A stretch of 58,681 nt of DNA from Candidatus Azambacteria bacterium (GTDB lineage Bacteria; Patescibacteriota; Minisyncoccia; GWC2-36-17; M10-OD1-4), in assembly GCA_027048495.1 (NCBI GenBank), contig JALTWS010000019.1:1-58681 (forward strand), in the 5' to 3' direction. Each line of letters begins with the position of its first letter. Position 1 is the stretch's first letter. This document shows, one piece after another, positions 18,939-30,403 of this stretch. Both the position numbers and the translations under genes were made by a program. The notes beneath the pieces were generated by a model. It ran no database searches. It was not told the DNA's origin and was given only the letters and a program-made list of their open reading frames with translations.

Positions 18939-19595
18939 ATGCTTTTGTTTCAATTGTTTCAAAATAATCCAGCGCTTATAATACCTTGGCTTTTTGCTTT
19001 GCTTATTGCAATAACTGTCCACGAGTTTTCTCATGGGTATGCGGCATACAAGCTAGGAGATGATACAGCAGAAAGCGCAGGAAGATTAACTTTAAATCCA
19101 CTGAAGCATTTGGATCTTTTTGGCTCTTTGTTTTTGCTTTTGGTTGGCTTTGGTTGGGCAAAGCCGGTTCCTGTTAATTTATTTAAGATAAAAAAAGGCA
19201 ATCTTGGCCAGTTTATTGTTTCTGTTGCTGGAATATTTGCTAATTTGGTTATGGCAATTATAAGTATAATTTTTGTAAAGTTTCTTATATCTTCAGGATT
19301 TTCTGAGCTTAATTTTGCGGTTAAGTTTTTTGCTTTTTTGATTTATATAAATTTGGCTTTGTTTATTTTTAATTTGCTTCCTATAGCTCCTCTTGATGGA
19401 TACAGAATGTTTGAGGCTTTTGCTCCAAGGGCATTTTCCAGATTTGCTCCTTTTATGGAACAGTGGGGGTTTGTTATATTAATTGCTCTTGTATTTTTGA
19501 CAAATATAATAGGAATGCTTATAGGGGTTTTTATTTACTTTTTTTCTTTGGTATTTAATTTGCCTATATTCTCTTTGGCATTTGGTGGTCTTTAG
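18939..19595 (+). CDS. Site-2 protease family (M50)
   Basis: HEFSH, GRLTLNP, FNLLPIAPLDG. Confidence 0.93.
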   Translation: MLLFQLFQNNPALIIPWLFALLIAITVHEFSHGYAAYKLGDDTAESAGRLTLNPLKHLDLFGSLFLLLVGFGWAKPVPVNLFKIKKGNLGQFIVSVAGIFANLVMAIISIIFVKFLISSGFSELNFAVKFFAFLIYINLALFIFNLLPIAPLDGYRMFEAFAPRAFSRFAPFMEQWGFVILIALVFLTNIIGMLIGVFIYFFSLVFNLPIFSLAFGGL

Positions 19596-19705
19596 AAATT
19601 TAACAAGCACATTTAAAAATAAGTTTGTCGTGTTTTAACTTAATAAGAATAAGGATTGTATATAATATAAAACAAAAAATAAACTTTTGTCTGCTATTTT
19701 TACCT

Positions 19706-19797
19706 CACTCACCCAACTCACGATCGTGAGTTGGGTGAGTGTTTGTTCTTAAAAGTTTTTTACTCATTTGGCTTACGATCGCAAGTTAAATGAGTGA
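19706..19797. repeat. Two CGATCG-centred palindromes
   Basis: Perfect 36 bp cactcacccaactcacga|tcgtgagttgggtgagtg; imperfect actcatttggcttacga|tcgcaagttaaatgagt. Confidence 0.85.
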
Positions 19798-19892
19798 AAG
19801 ATATTCTTGTTTTTGGTGGACTTATGATATTGACATAGGAATTTTTATTTTATAGTCTTTTTTTGGTACTTTTAACTTGTTGGAGGTGTGCT

Positions 19893-20102
19893 ATGGCAAA
19901 AGAATATGAGCTGTTGGGCCAGGTTATCTCAAGCGTTCACAAAGAAAAAGATGAGGCAGGAAATATTCAGGAAGTTGTTTTGGGATTTAATGGAGGAGGA
20001 GTTTTGTCTATCAAAAGATCTGACTCGGCAGTTGTTGACAACACGATAACAAGCGCTGTTGAGATTGCGTTTAACAATGAGATTATCGCAGTTATTTTTT
20101 GA
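19893..20102 (+). CDS. Small hypothetical protein
   Basis: TTGACA..TATAGT promoter, GGAGGTG SD, hairpin downstream. Confidence 0.7.
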   Translation: MAKEYELLGQVISSVHKEKDEAGNIQEVVLGFNGGGVLSIKRSDSAVVDNTITSAVEIAFNNEIIAVIF

Positions 20103-20108
20103 AAAGTA

Positions 20109-20138
20109 GCGCCTGCAAAATTTTTGCAGGCGCATTTG
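20109..20138 (+). terminator. Hairpin/terminator
   Basis: gcgcctgcaaaa/ttttgcaggcgc. Confidence 0.6.
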
Positions 20139-20232
20139 CTTGACTTTATCTGTTTTTTTTGATAAATTTAAGTCCACTTAAAGCGCAAGGCGCTTTTGTA
20201 TTTTTTTAAGTAATTTTTTATTTATTATTTTT

Positions 20233-20649
20233 ATGCCAACAATAAATCAATTAGTAAGAAAAAATAGAAAAAAACAAAAGAAAAAGTCAAAATCTCCTGC
20301 TATGCAAAGGGGCTTTAATAGTTTAAAAAACAAGCCAGTATTTTATCCTTCTCCTTTCAAAAGAGGGGTTTGTACCAAGGTTGCTACAACAACTCCAAAA
20401 AAACCAAACTCTGCCTTAAGAAAGATTGCAAGAGTTAGGTTAACAAACGGCATGGAAGTTACAGCATATATCCCGGGAGAAGGACATACTTTGCAGGAAC
20501 ACTCAGTTGTTATGATAAGAGGAGGAAGAGTGAAAGACCTGCCGGGAGTTAGGTATCATATAGTAAGAGGAGTTTTAGATGCTACTGGAGTTGAGGGAAG
20601 AAAACAAGAAAGGTCTAAGTACGGAACTAAAAAGCCTAAGTCTGAGTAA
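20233..20649 (+). CDS. rpsL: 30S ribosomal protein uS12
   Basis: [27 protein letters not shown]. Confidence 0.99.
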   Translation: MPTINQLVRKNRKKQKKKSKSPAMQRGFNSLKNKPVFYPSPFKRGVCTKVATTTPKKPNSALRKIARVRLTNGMEVTAYIPGEGHTLQEHSVVMIRGGRVKDLPGVRYHIVRGVLDATGVEGRKQERSKYGTKKPKSE

Positions 20650-20659
20650 TTTTTAGATT

Positions 20660-21127
20660 ATGAGAAAAAAGCAAAAGTTTAAAAAAGATATAGCTCCAGA
20701 TAGAAAATACAACCATGTTGTTGTTGCAAAGCTTATAAAAACTATAATGTTGCACGGCAAGCTTACTGTTGCTGAAAAGATAGTTTATGATGCCCTAAAA
20801 GAGGTTGAGGAGATTACAAAATCAGATCCAATAGAGACTTTTGATCTTGCAATAAGGAATGTTTCTCCCGTTCTTGAAATAAAGTCAAAAAGGATAGGAG
20901 GGGCAAACTATCAAGTGCCAAGAGAAGTGAGAGGAGACAGAAAAATAACCCTTGCTTTAAGGTGGATAATATCTGCGGCAAAAGCAAAAAAAGGAAGCTC
21001 AATGGCGCACAGGCTTGCAGATGAGATTATTTTAGCTTCAAAAGGTGAGGGAGCTGCAATGAAAAAAAGAAATGATACTCAAAAAATGGCAGAGGCAAAC
21101 AAAGCGTTTGCTCACTTTGCTTGGTAG
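20660..21127 (+). CDS. rpsG: 30S ribosomal protein uS7
   Basis: RIGGANYQVP, MAEANKAFAHF. Confidence 0.99.
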   Translation: MRKKQKFKKDIAPDRKYNHVVVAKLIKTIMLHGKLTVAEKIVYDALKEVEEITKSDPIETFDLAIRNVSPVLEIKSKRIGGANYQVPREVRGDRKITLALRWIISAAKAKKGSSMAHRLADEIILASKGEGAAMKKRNDTQKMAEANKAFAHFAW

Positions 21128-21163
21128 AATTTATTTAAAATTAACTTAATTTTTTTAAAAAAC

Positions 21164-23266
21164 ATGGCAAGAAGTTATCCTTTGGAAAGAACAAGAGATA
21201 TAGGTATTATTGCTCATATTGATGCTGGAAAAACAACAGTAACAGAAAGAATTTTATTTTATACTGGAGTGTCTCATAAGATAGGAGAAGTCCATGAAGG
21301 GGAGGCAATTATGGACTGGATGGAGCAAGAAAGAGAAAGGGGTATTACCATAACCTCTGCTGCTACAACATGTTTTTGGATTCCAACGTATGAATCCGGA
21401 GATAAGTCAAAAGAGTACAGATTTAATATCATAGATACTCCCGGACACGTTGACTTTACTGTTGAGGTAGAGCGTTCTTTGCGTGTTTTGGATGGTGGGA
21501 TTGTTGTTTTTGATGGAGTAGCTGGAGTTGAACCTCAATCAGAAACTGTATGGCACCAAGCTGATAAATACAATGTTCCAAGGATTTGTTTTATAAACAA
21601 GTTAGACAGGACAGGAGCAGATTGGAAAAAAGACTTAGATTCCATTCGTGAAAGATTAAATAAAAAAGCAATTCCTGTTCAAATACCTGTTGGCGCAGAA
21701 GCTGATTTTGAGGGTGTTATTGATCTTATAACTCAAAAAAAGATTACATTTTCTGGAGAAATGGGAGAAAAGTTAGAAGTTTCTGAAATACCAGACAATT
21801 TAAAAGAAGAGGCTGAAAAATGGAGAGAAGAAATGATAGATATGATAGCTTCCGAAGATGATGAGCTTGCAGAAAAATATCTTTCTGGTGAGGAGCTTTC
21901 AGTTCAGGACATTAAAAAAGCGCTAAGAAAAGCAACTCTAACAGGAGAGGTTAATCCGGTTTTGTGTGGAACCGCTTTGAAAAATAAGGGAGTTCAGTTG
22001 CTTTTGGACGCTGTGATTGACTATCTTCCTTCTCCTTTGGATATTCCTGCCATAGAAGGAGAGAATCCAAAAACAGGACAAAAAGAAACAAGGGAAGCAA
22101 GCGATGAGGCTCCTTTTGCTGCTTTGGCTTTTAAAATTGCAAATGATCCTTTTGTTGGTTCTTTAGCATTTTTTAGAGTTTATTCTGGAAAGCTTTCAAA
22201 AGGTTCTTATGTTTACAACTCAACAAAAGGCAAAAAAGAAAGGATAGGAAGGATATTAAGAATGCACTCAAATGAAAGAGAAGAAGTAGATGAAGTTTAT
22301 GCTGGAGAAATAGCGGCGGCAGTTGGCTTAAAAGAAACAACAACGGGAGATACTTTGTGTGATGAGAACAACCCAATAATACTTGAGCAGATAACATTTC
22401 CTGAACCTGTTATATCTTTGAGAATTGAACCAAAAACAAAAGCCGATCAAGAAAAAATGGGAATTGCTTTAAGAAGGTTAGCGGAGGAGGATCCTACTTT
22501 TAAAGTAAGAGTTGACCAAGAGACAGGAGAAACCATAATTTCTGGAATGGGAGAGCTTCATCTTGAAGTTTTGGTGGACAGGATGTTAAGAGAATTTAAA
22601 GTTGATGCTTCAATAGGAGCTCCTCAGGTAGCTTACAAAGAAACCATAAAAGGAACCGCAGAAGCAGAAGAAAAATATATTAAGCAGTCCGGAGGAAGAG
22701 GACAATACGGGCATGTTAAAATTAGAGTTGAACCCGCCGAAAAAAATGCCGGTTTTGTATTTATAAATGAAATTAAAGGAGGTGTTATCCCTCAAGAGTT
22801 TATACCCGCAGTTGAAAAAGGAGTAAAAGAGGCATTAGAAAAAGGTATTATTGCTGGTTATCCAATGCAGGATGTTAAAGTAACCTTGTTTGATGGGTCT
22901 TTTCATGAAGTTGATTCTTCTGAGGCGGCATTTAAAATTGCTGGTTCTATGGCGCTTAAATCTGCTGCGTCTTTGGCTAATCCGGTTTTGCTTGAGCCAA
23001 TTATGAAAGTCTCTGTTATAACTCCACCTGACTTTTTAGGAGATGTTACTGGAGATTTGAACTCAAGAAGAGGAAGGATAGAAAGTATGGAAGATAGAGG
23101 AAATATAAAAGTTGTAACAGCGCTTGTGCCTTTGGCAAATATGTTTGGTTATTCAACTCAGTTAAGGTCAATGACAGAAGGAAGAGCTTCTTACAGCATG
23201 GAATTTTCAAGTTATGAAGAAGCTCCTAAAAATGTTGCTGATGAGATTATAGCAGGTAAAAAATAA
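21164..23266 (+). CDS. fusA: Elongation factor G
   Basis: [24 protein letters not shown]. Confidence 0.99.
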   Translation: MARSYPLERTRDIGIIAHIDAGKTTVTERILFYTGVSHKIGEVHEGEAIMDWMEQERERGITITSAATTCFWIPTYESGDKSKEYRFNIIDTPGHVDFTVEVERSLRVLDGGIVVFDGVAGVEPQSETVWHQADKYNVPRICFINKLDRTGADWKKDLDSIRERLNKKAIPVQIPVGAEADFEGVIDLITQKKITFSGEMGEKLEVSEIPDNLKEEAEKWREEMIDMIASEDDELAEKYLSGEELSVQDIKKALRKATLTGEVNPVLCGTALKNKGVQLLLDAVIDYLPSPLDIPAIEGENPKTGQKETREASDEAPFAALAFKIANDPFVGSLAFFRVYSGKLSKGSYVYNSTKGKKERIGRILRMHSNEREEVDEVYAGEIAAAVGLKETTTGDTLCDENNPIILEQITFPEPVISLRIEPKTKADQEKMGIALRRLAEEDPTFKVRVDQETGETIISGMGELHLEVLVDRMLREFKVDASIGAPQVAYKETIKGTAEAEEKYIKQSGGRGQYGHVKIRVEPAEKNAGFVFINEIKGGVIPQEFIPAVEKGVKEALEKGIIAGYPMQDVKVTLFDGSFHEVDSSEAAFKIAGSMALKSAASLANPVLLEPIMKVSVITPPDFLGDVTGDLNSRRGRIESMEDRGNIKVVTALVPLANMFGYSTQLRSMTEGRASYSMEFSSYEEAPKNVADEIIAGKK

Positions 23267-23294
23267 TTAATAATTTTCTTTGGATTTTTTGCTT

Positions 23295-23603
23295 ATGTTA
23301 GATGATATAAAAAAAATACTAGAAGTTTCAAAAAGAGGGATAGTGGTTATGGAAAATGGAAAACCTGCTTATGTGGTCGTTCCTTTTGATGAGTACATAG
23401 GCGCAATTGAAGCAAGTAAAACTTATAACACAGCAGAGGAAATTGCCGGAAAAGAAATTGGCATAGCAGATGAAGTATTGAATGTTTACAAAAGAAAAGA
23501 AGAAAATGAATTGACGGAAAAAGATAGAAACATTTCTTTTGGAAGGGGAAACTATACGCAAAAAGACTTTGAAGAAATAGGAATAGAAGACCTTCCTTTT
23601 TAA
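23295..23603 (+). CDS. Hypothetical protein, Phd/YefM-like N-terminus with acidic DLPF tail
   Basis: GIVVMENGKPAYVVVPFDEY; ends EEIGIEDLPF. Confidence 0.65.
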   Translation: MLDDIKKILEVSKRGIVVMENGKPAYVVVPFDEYIGAIEASKTYNTAEEIAGKEIGIADEVLNVYKRKEENELTEKDRNISFGRGNYTQKDFEEIGIEDLPF

Positions 23604-23787
23604 AATACGGGGTTGACTTTGTTTTGTTTTTAGATTAAAATACTGAAATATTTTAAATAATAATAATAATTAAGTTAACAAATTTTTAAAGAGTTTGGTT
23701 TAACAGTTGGCTTTAAGTTACTGGAATGCTGATGGACCCTAGTAATTTCAAGCTTAATTGTTAAATCGCTCTGAAAATTTTAAAAAT

Positions 23788-24981
23788 ATGGCAGAAAAAT
23801 TTGAAAGAACAAAGCCGCATGTTAACATAGGTACAATTGGCCATGTTGATCACGGCAAAACAACAACAACAGCTGCAATTTTGCATGCTTTGAATCTTGC
23901 TGGAAAAAAAGCAAGAGTTGAGACTGTGGATCAAATAGACACAGCTCCAGAAGAAAGAGAAAGAGGTATTACCATTGCATTACATCACTCTGAGTATGAG
24001 ACAGACAAAAGGCACTATGCTCACATTGATGCTCCAGGACACGCTGATTACATCAAAAACATGATTACAGGTGCTGCTCAGATGGACGGGGCAATTTTGG
24101 TTGTTGCCGCTCCGGATGGTCCTATGCCACAAACAAGAGAGCACATCCTTCTTGCAAAGCAAGTTGGTGTTCCTGCAATGGTTGTTTATTTAAACAAGAT
24201 GGACTTGGCAGAGGATCCAGAACTTGTTGATTTGGTTGAAGAAGAAATAAGAGAGCTTTTAACAAAATATGGTTACGATGGAGAAAATACTCCATTTATA
24301 AGAGGTTCATCAGTAAAAGCTCTTGAAGCTAACGATGTAAATGATGAAAATGTGCAAAAGATACTTGAGCTTATGAAAGCTGTAGATGAGTGGATTCCTG
24401 ATCCTGTAAGAGAAACAGACAAGCCTTTCTTGATGCCTATTGAAGATATATTCTCAATTGAAGGTAGAGGAACTGTGGTTACAGGAAGAGTTGAGAGAGG
24501 AGAAATAAAAGTTAACGATGAAGTTGAAATAGTTGGAATAAGAGAAACTCAAAAAACAGTTGTTACAGGAATTGAGATGTTCAATAAGAGTTTGGATTCT
24601 GCTATTGCAGGAGACAATGCAGGTCTTTTGTTAAGAGGAATGAAAAAAGAAGATGTTGAAAGAGGACAAGTACTTGCAAAGCCTGGAACTGTTACTCCAC
24701 ATACTGAGTTTGAAGCAGAAATTTATGTTTTGACAAAAGAAGAAGGTGGAAGACACTCTCCATTCTTTAACGGATACAAACCTCAGTTTTACATAAGGAC
24801 AACTGATGTTACTGGAGAGATAACTCTTCCTGAAGGAACAGAGATGGTTATGCCAGGAGACACTGTTAATGTTAAAGTTAAGTTAATAACTCCTATTGCT
24901 CTTGAAGAGAAACAAAGATTTGCTATTAGGGAAGGAGGAAAGACAGTTGGAGCTGGAGTTGTGTTGAAGATTATTGCATAA
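23788..24981 (+). CDS. tuf: Elongation factor Tu
   Basis: [24 protein letters not shown]. Confidence 0.99.
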   Translation: MAEKFERTKPHVNIGTIGHVDHGKTTTTAAILHALNLAGKKARVETVDQIDTAPEERERGITIALHHSEYETDKRHYAHIDAPGHADYIKNMITGAAQMDGAILVVAAPDGPMPQTREHILLAKQVGVPAMVVYLNKMDLAEDPELVDLVEEEIRELLTKYGYDGENTPFIRGSSVKALEANDVNDENVQKILELMKAVDEWIPDPVRETDKPFLMPIEDIFSIEGRGTVVTGRVERGEIKVNDEVEIVGIRETQKTVVTGIEMFNKSLDSAIAGDNAGLLLRGMKKEDVERGQVLAKPGTVTPHTEFEAEIYVLTKEEGGRHSPFFNGYKPQFYIRTTDVTGEITLPEGTEMVMPGDTVNVKVKLITPIALEEKQRFAIREGGKTVGAGVVLKIIA

Positions 24982-24990
24982 TTGTAAGCT

Positions 24991-25023
24991 AAAGCACTCC
25001 GCATTTTTTATGCGGAGTGCTTT
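24991..25023 (+). terminator. Hairpin/terminator after tuf
   Basis: aaagcactccgcat/atgcggagtgcttt. Confidence 0.7.
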
Positions 25024-25051
25024 AAGCTAAAATTGTATTTTGTTTAATAAA

Positions 25052-25375
25052 ATGGCAAAAGAAGAACAGATTCAAAAGTTAAGGATAAAAATAAGGGCCT
25101 ATGATAATAAGATCATAGACAACAGTGCGCGCCAAATAGTAGAAGCTGCCCAAAGGCAGGGAAATGGCGTAACAGGCCCTGTTCCTTTGCCAACAGAAAT
25201 AAGAAGGTACGCTGTTGGAAGGTCTACTTTTGTGCACAGAAGCGCAGGAGACCATTATGAGATGAGGATTCACAAAAGAATAATTGATATAGAAAATCCA
25301 AGCGCAAAAACTATAGATGCGCTTACAAATCTTAGTTTGCCTGCTGGAGTTGACATAGAAATAAAAATGATATAG
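25052..25375 (+). CDS. rpsJ: 30S ribosomal protein uS10
   Basis: [26 protein letters not shown]. Confidence 0.98.
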   Translation: MAKEEQIQKLRIKIRAYDNKIIDNSARQIVEAAQRQGNGVTGPVPLPTEIRRYAVGRSTFVHRSAGDHYEMRIHKRIIDIENPSAKTIDALTNLSLPAGVDIEIKMI

Positions 25376-25517
25376 ATTGCAGATAATTCTGCAAAATGAA
25401 TTTTTGCAGAATTATTTGTAATTTAATGAGATTAAAAAAAGTTACAATTTATTAGATTTAAGCTTAAAAACAAAGCTTGAAAAAATATGAGCTTTGCTCA
25501 TATTTTTGTTTAAAAAA

Positions 25518-26117
25518 ATGAAATTTATTTTGGGAAAAAAATTAAATATGACGCAGATTTTTGACAAAGATGGAAATGTTGTTCCGGTAACTTTAGTTGA
25601 GGTTGATGACTGTACAGTTGTGCAGAAAAAAACAAATGAAAAGGACGGGTATGATGCTGTTCAAGTTGGATTTGGATACAAAAAAAGATTAAACAAACCA
25701 GAAAAAGGGCACATGAAAGATCTGGGGCAATTTGCTGTTTTGAAGGAGTTTAAAGGTGTTTTTGATTATAATGTTGGAGATAAAATAGGTATATCTACTT
25801 TTGAAGAGGGTGATGTAGTTAATGTAACAGGAACATCAAAAGGTAAAGGATTTCAGGGGGTTGTTAAAAGATATAATTTTGCTGGTGGACCTGCAAGCCA
25901 TGGACAGAAGCACAATTTAAGAACTCCCGGATCTATTGGGGCATTGGGCCCTCAAAAAGTATTTAAAGGTAAAAAAATGCCGGGAAGAATGGGATCAAAC
26001 AGAGTTTTTGTTAAAAATTTAAGAATAGTTAAGATTGATAAGGACAATAAAATTTTTGCCATATCTGGTGCTGTTCCCGGAAAAAGAGGAACAATATTAG
26101 AAATAGTTCAAAAATAA
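25518..26117 (+). CDS. rplC: 50S ribosomal protein uL3
   Basis: GTSKGKGFQG, KGKKMPGRMG. Confidence 0.98.
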   Translation: MKFILGKKLNMTQIFDKDGNVVPVTLVEVDDCTVVQKKTNEKDGYDAVQVGFGYKKRLNKPEKGHMKDLGQFAVLKEFKGVFDYNVGDKIGISTFEEGDVVNVTGTSKGKGFQGVVKRYNFAGGPASHGQKHNLRTPGSIGALGPQKVFKGKKMPGRMGSNRVFVKNLRIVKIDKDNKIFAISGAVPGKRGTILEIVQK

Positions 26118-26119
26118 TT

Positions 26120-26776
26120 ATGGTAAATGTTGATTTGTACAACCAAAAAGGAGAAAAAATAGGTAGTGCTGACTTGCCGAAAAATATTTTTTCTGTTAAG
26201 CTAAATCCCGATTTAGTTAAGCAGGCTTATGTTGCTCAGATGGCAAACGCAAGGGTGGCTATTGCGCATACAAAAACAAGAGGAGAGGTAAGAGGAGGAG
26301 GAATTAAGCCTTGGAGACAAAAAGGAACTGGTAGAGCAAGACACGGATCAATTAGATCTCCTTTGTGGATTGGCGGAGGAGTAACTTTTGGTCCATCAAA
26401 AGAAAGAAATTTTTCCAAAAAGATAAACAAAAAACAAAAACAAAAAGCTTTGTTTATGGTTTTATCTTCAAAGCTAAATGACAAAGAATTAGTTTTGGTT
26501 GACAAATTGGAGTTTGGAGAGATAAAAACCAAAAAAGCAAAAGAGTTTACGGACACTTTGTTGTCAAAGGTTTTGAAAGTAGATTATGGAAAAATGCTTG
26601 TTGTGTTGCCATCAGACAACAAAGAGTTGGTTTTATCGTTAAGGAACATACCTTATGTTAAAATTGCGTATGCAAACAGTTTAAATATTGCTGATCTTTT
26701 GCATTATAGATACATAGTTTTATTGAAAGATTCAATTGATGTTATAAAAAATACATTTGTTAAGTTAAGCAAATAG
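26120..26776 (+). CDS. rplD: 50S ribosomal protein uL4
   Basis: KPWRQKGTGRARHGS. Confidence 0.98.
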   Translation: MVNVDLYNQKGEKIGSADLPKNIFSVKLNPDLVKQAYVAQMANARVAIAHTKTRGEVRGGGIKPWRQKGTGRARHGSIRSPLWIGGGVTFGPSKERNFSKKINKKQKQKALFMVLSSKLNDKELVLVDKLEFGEIKTKKAKEFTDTLLSKVLKVDYGKMLVVLPSDNKELVLSLRNIPYVKIAYANSLNIADLLHYRYIVLLKDSIDVIKNTFVKLSK

Positions 26777-26782
26777 AGAAGT

Positions 26783-27199
26783 ATGGCAATTTTAGATAAG
26801 ATTAAAAAAACAGTAAAAAGAGAAGAAAAAAAGGAAGATAAAAAGCCTGTTGTTTCTGGTGCTGGAAGCAAAAAAAGTGATTTGGCAAAAAAGAGCAAAA
26901 ATACTGCTGATAAAAAAAATAGCTTGTATTATAACATAATATTAAGACCTTATATTACAGAGAAAACTTCTATGATGGGACAGGAAAATAAGTATGTTTT
27001 TGTTGTTTCAAAAGATGCAAGCAAGGTTGATATTAAAAATGCTATTGAGAATATATTTTCCGTTTCTGTTTTGAAGGTTTCTGTTGTTAATGTTCCATCA
27101 AAAAAAGTCAGACTTGGTATGCATGAAGGCAAAAAACCTGGATTTAAAAAAGCGATTGTTAAATTAAAAGAAGGAGATAAGATAGATATAGGCATATAA
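26783..27199 (+). CDS. rplW: 50S ribosomal protein uL23, N-terminally extended
   Basis: PYITEK, KKAIVKL. Confidence 0.96.
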   Translation: MAILDKIKKTVKREEKKEDKKPVVSGAGSKKSDLAKKSKNTADKKNSLYYNIILRPYITEKTSMMGQENKYVFVVSKDASKVDIKNAIENIFSVSVLKVSVVNVPSKKVRLGMHEGKKPGFKKAIVKLKEGDKIDIGI

Positions 27200-27210
27200 G
27201 ATAAAACAAT

Positions 27211-28047
27211 ATGTTAAAAAGATACAAACCAACAACACCAGGACAAAGAGGTAAAACAGTAGTTGACTACTCTGTTTTAACAGCGTCCGAACCTGAAAAA
27301 TCCCTTACCAAAGGCTTTAAAAGAAGAAAGGGGAGAGCAACATCTGGAAGAATAACCACAAGACATAAAGGTGGAGGAAACAAAAGGCTTTACAGGTTTG
27401 TTGATTTTAAGCAAGATAAATTTGATATTGAAGCTAAAGTTCTTTCTTTGGAGTATGATCCAAACAGGTCTGCTTTTATTGCGCTTGTCTGCTATGCAGA
27501 TGGAGAAAAAAGATACATTATAGCAGAAAAAAACATGAAGGTTGGAGACAAGATAATAACTTCAGAAAACGCTCCGTTAAAAGAAGGAAACAGGCTTCCT
27601 TTGTCTAAAATTCCGGTTGGGTTTTTTGTTTACAATGTTGAGCTTCAACCAAATAAAGGAGGGCAAATTGTAAGGTCAGCAGGATCTTCTGCGCAGGTTA
27701 TGGCACAAGAAGGGGGTTATACTCATCTTCTTATGCCTTCAAAAGAAATAAGAAAGGTGCAAAGCAATTGTTTGGCAAGTATTGGAGTTGTTTCAAATCA
27801 AGAGCATTCTTTGGTAAATTACGGAAAAGCAGGAAGGTCAAGGTGGTTAGGGAGAAGGCCTGCTGTTCGTGGATCAGCCATGAATCCGGTTGATCATCCT
27901 CATGGAGGAGGAGAAGGAAGGCAAGGAGTTGGATTGAAATATCCTAAAACTCCTTGGGGAAAACATGCTCTTGGTAAAAAAACAAGAAAAAAGAATAAAT
28001 ATTCCGATAAATTGATTTTAAGAAGAAGAAACAGCAACAAAAAATAA
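27211..28047 (+). CDS. rplB: 50S ribosomal protein uL2
   Basis: EYDPNRSA, MNPVDHPHGGGEG. Confidence 0.99.
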   Translation: MLKRYKPTTPGQRGKTVVDYSVLTASEPEKSLTKGFKRRKGRATSGRITTRHKGGGNKRLYRFVDFKQDKFDIEAKVLSLEYDPNRSAFIALVCYADGEKRYIIAEKNMKVGDKIITSENAPLKEGNRLPLSKIPVGFFVYNVELQPNKGGQIVRSAGSSAQVMAQEGGYTHLLMPSKEIRKVQSNCLASIGVVSNQEHSLVNYGKAGRSRWLGRRPAVRGSAMNPVDHPHGGGEGRQGVGLKYPKTPWGKHALGKKTRKKNKYSDKLILRRRNSNKK

Positions 28048-28066
28048 TTTTAAATAATCAAAAGAT

Positions 28067-28348
28067 ATGTCAAGAAGTTTAAAAAAAGGACCATATGTAG
28101 ATGAAAAGCTCTTAAAGAAGGTTGCCAAAGCAAAACCGGGGGAGGTTATTAAAACATGGGCAAGAGCTTCTATGATATCACCCGAAATGGTAGGGCATAC
28201 TTTTGGTGTTCATAATGGAAAACAACATATAGAGGTTTTTGTTACTGAAGATATGGTTGGGCACAGGCTTGGAGAATTTGCCCCAACTAAAAAATTTATC
28301 AAGCATGGAGGAAAAATCCAAAAAGCATTAGAACAGCAGAAAAAATAG
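28067..28348 (+). CDS. rpsS: 30S ribosomal protein uS19
   Basis: [16 protein letters not shown]. Confidence 0.99.
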   Translation: MSRSLKKGPYVDEKLLKKVAKAKPGEVIKTWARASMISPEMVGHTFGVHNGKQHIEVFVTEDMVGHRLGEFAPTKKFIKHGGKIQKALEQQKK

Positions 28349-28357
28349 CAAACATCT

Positions 28358-28810
28358 ATGAAGGTAAAAGCAAAATTAAACAATTTAAGAATTTCACCAA
28401 GAAAGGTTAGGCTGGTTGCAGACTTAATAAGAGGACTTGATGTTTCTGATGCAAAAACTCAGCTTAACTTTTTGGTAAAGAAATCTTCAAAACCGATTTT
28501 GAAGCTTTTAGATTCTGCTTTGGCAAATGCAAGCAATAATTTTAAGTTGGATAAGGATAATTTGTACATTTCAGAAATATTTGTAAATGAAGGACCAACA
28601 TTAAAAAGAATAATGCCAAGAGCGATGGGAAGGGCTTTTTATATAAGAAAAAGGACTTCTCATATAACTTTGGTTCTTCAAGAAAAAGAAAAACCAACAA
28701 AAACACAAAGCAAAATTCCTGAAAAGAAAGACAAAGAAAAAAAAGAAGAAAAAAAAGACAAGACAGAAAAAAAGGTTGAAAAAAAAGAAGTAAAAAATAA
28801 GAGCAAATAA
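28358..28810 (+). CDS. rplV: 50S ribosomal protein uL22 with K/E-rich tail
   Basis: [22 protein letters not shown]. Confidence 0.98.
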   Translation: MKVKAKLNNLRISPRKVRLVADLIRGLDVSDAKTQLNFLVKKSSKPILKLLDSALANASNNFKLDKDNLYISEIFVNEGPTLKRIMPRAMGRAFYIRKRTSHITLVLQEKEKPTKTQSKIPEKKDKEKKEEKKDKTEKKVEKKEVKNKSK

Positions 28811-28815
28811 ATTTT

Positions 28816-29493
28816 ATGGGAAAGAAAGTTCATCCATTTTTGTTTAGAATAGGACAAACAACAAGCTGGAGGTCAAAATGGTTTGATTTAAAAAGATACC
28901 AAGGCTTTTTAAGGGAGGATTATCTTTTAAGAAAGTATCTGACAGATAAATTAAAGAGTCAGGGTCTTAGCCATGTTGAGATAGAAAGGTCAGAAAATGA
29001 GCTTAAGGTTTCAATATTTACTTCAAGACCTGGATTGATAATAGGTAAAGGCGGAACTGGAATAGATAATTTAAAAAAGGAATTAGAAAATTTTTATAAA
29101 AAAATAAAAACGGACAAATCTTCAAAAACAGAGATAAAGCTTCAGATAGAAGAAGTTTTAAAGCCGGAAATGAATGCTCAAATAGTAGGACAGCAGATAG
29201 CTGATCAAATAGAAAAAAGGGTTCCTTTCAGGAGGGTTTTGAAGCAGTCAATTGACAAAGTGATGCAAAACAAAGATGTCAAAGGAGTTAAAATTATGAT
29301 TTCAGGAAGGCTTGATGGTGTTGAAATGGCAAGGACAGAATGGCTTGTCAAAGGAAACATTCCGCTTCAGACATTAAGAGCAGATATTGATTATGCACAA
29401 GTTAATGCATATTGTAGGTATGGTGTTATAGGCATAAAGGTCTGGATATACAAAGGAGATGTCTTTGAAGACAAAAACACAAAGCAAAAATAA
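28816..29493 (+). CDS. rpsC: 30S ribosomal protein uS3
   Basis: MGKKVHP, PLQTLRADIDY. Confidence 0.98.
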   Translation: MGKKVHPFLFRIGQTTSWRSKWFDLKRYQGFLREDYLLRKYLTDKLKSQGLSHVEIERSENELKVSIFTSRPGLIIGKGGTGIDNLKKELENFYKKIKTDKSSKTEIKLQIEEVLKPEMNAQIVGQQIADQIEKRVPFRRVLKQSIDKVMQNKDVKGVKIMISGRLDGVEMARTEWLVKGNIPLQTLRADIDYAQVNAYCRYGVIGIKVWIYKGDVFEDKNTKQK

Positions 29494-29529
29494 ATTCATA
29501 ATTTATAATTTATAGTTCATCATTAAGTT

Positions 29530-29940
29530 ATGTTATTACCAAACAAAGTAAAACATAGAAAATGGCAAAAAGGTAGAAAGAGAAAAACTGGTGTAGAAAC
29601 CAGAGGAACTACTTTGAGTTTTGGAAATTATGGAATGAAATCAGAAGGAAGAGCATGGATAGATTCAAGGCAGATTGAGGCTGCAAGGAGAGTTATAACA
29701 AGAACCGTCCAAAAAGGAGGAAAGATATGGATAAGGATTTTTCCTGATAAGCCAGTTACCAAAAAGGGAGCAGAGACTCCTATGGGAGGGGGAAAAGGTT
29801 CTGTTGATAAATATGTTGTTCCTATAAAGCCGGGAAGAATATTGTTTGAGATGGACGGAGTGCCAGAAGAAAAGGCAAGGGAAGCATTCAGAAAAGCTTC
29901 TTATAAGCTTCCTGTTAAAACTAAATTTGTTAAAAGATAA
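29530..29940 (+). CDS. rplP: 50S ribosomal protein uL16
   Basis: RQIEAAR, IFPDKP, MGGGKG. Confidence 0.98.
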   Translation: MLLPNKVKHRKWQKGRKRKTGVETRGTTLSFGNYGMKSEGRAWIDSRQIEAARRVITRTVQKGGKIWIRIFPDKPVTKKGAETPMGGGKGSVDKYVVPIKPGRILFEMDGVPEEKAREAFRKASYKLPVKTKFVKR

Positions 29941-29946
29941 AATAAG

Positions 29947-30132
29947 ATGATGAAGAAAAAGGAGTTAAAAACAAAATCAAAAGATGAATTAAGAAAAATT
30001 TTAAAAGAAGATTATGAAAGTCTTCATAAGCTTAGGTTTGATTTGGCTTTTTCCAGACTAAAAGATACAAATAGTATAAAAAAATTAAAAAGAGAAATAG
30101 CAAGGATTAAAACTTTACTAAATCAAAAATAA
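29947..30132 (+). CDS. rpmC: 50S ribosomal protein uL29
   Basis: LRF...IARIKT; synteny. Confidence 0.95.
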   Translation: MMKKKELKTKSKDELRKILKEDYESLHKLRFDLAFSRLKDTNSIKKLKREIARIKTLLNQK

Positions 30133-30153
30133 ATGATATAAACCTTTATTGTT

Positions 30154-30399
30154 ATGAAAAAAACACAGACAAACAAAAGAATACTGCAAGGGGAAGTTGT
30201 GTCTGATAAAATGGACAAGACTGTTGTTGTTTTGGTTTCTAAATATAAAAAGCATCCTATTTACCAAAAATATCACAAAGTTACAAAAAGGTATAAAGCA
30301 CATGATGAAAAAAATCAGTTTAAAGTTGGTGATATTGTAAGGATAATAGAATCAAGGCCGATTTCAAAAGAAAAAAGATGGAAAGTATTGTATAAATAA
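30154..30399 (+). CDS. rpsQ: 30S ribosomal protein uS17
   Basis: [18 protein letters not shown]. Confidence 0.98.
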   Translation: MKKTQTNKRILQGEVVSDKMDKTVVVLVSKYKKHPIYQKYHKVTKRYKAHDEKNQFKVGDIVRIIESRPISKEKRWKVLYK

Positions 30400-30403
30400 A
30401 AAT

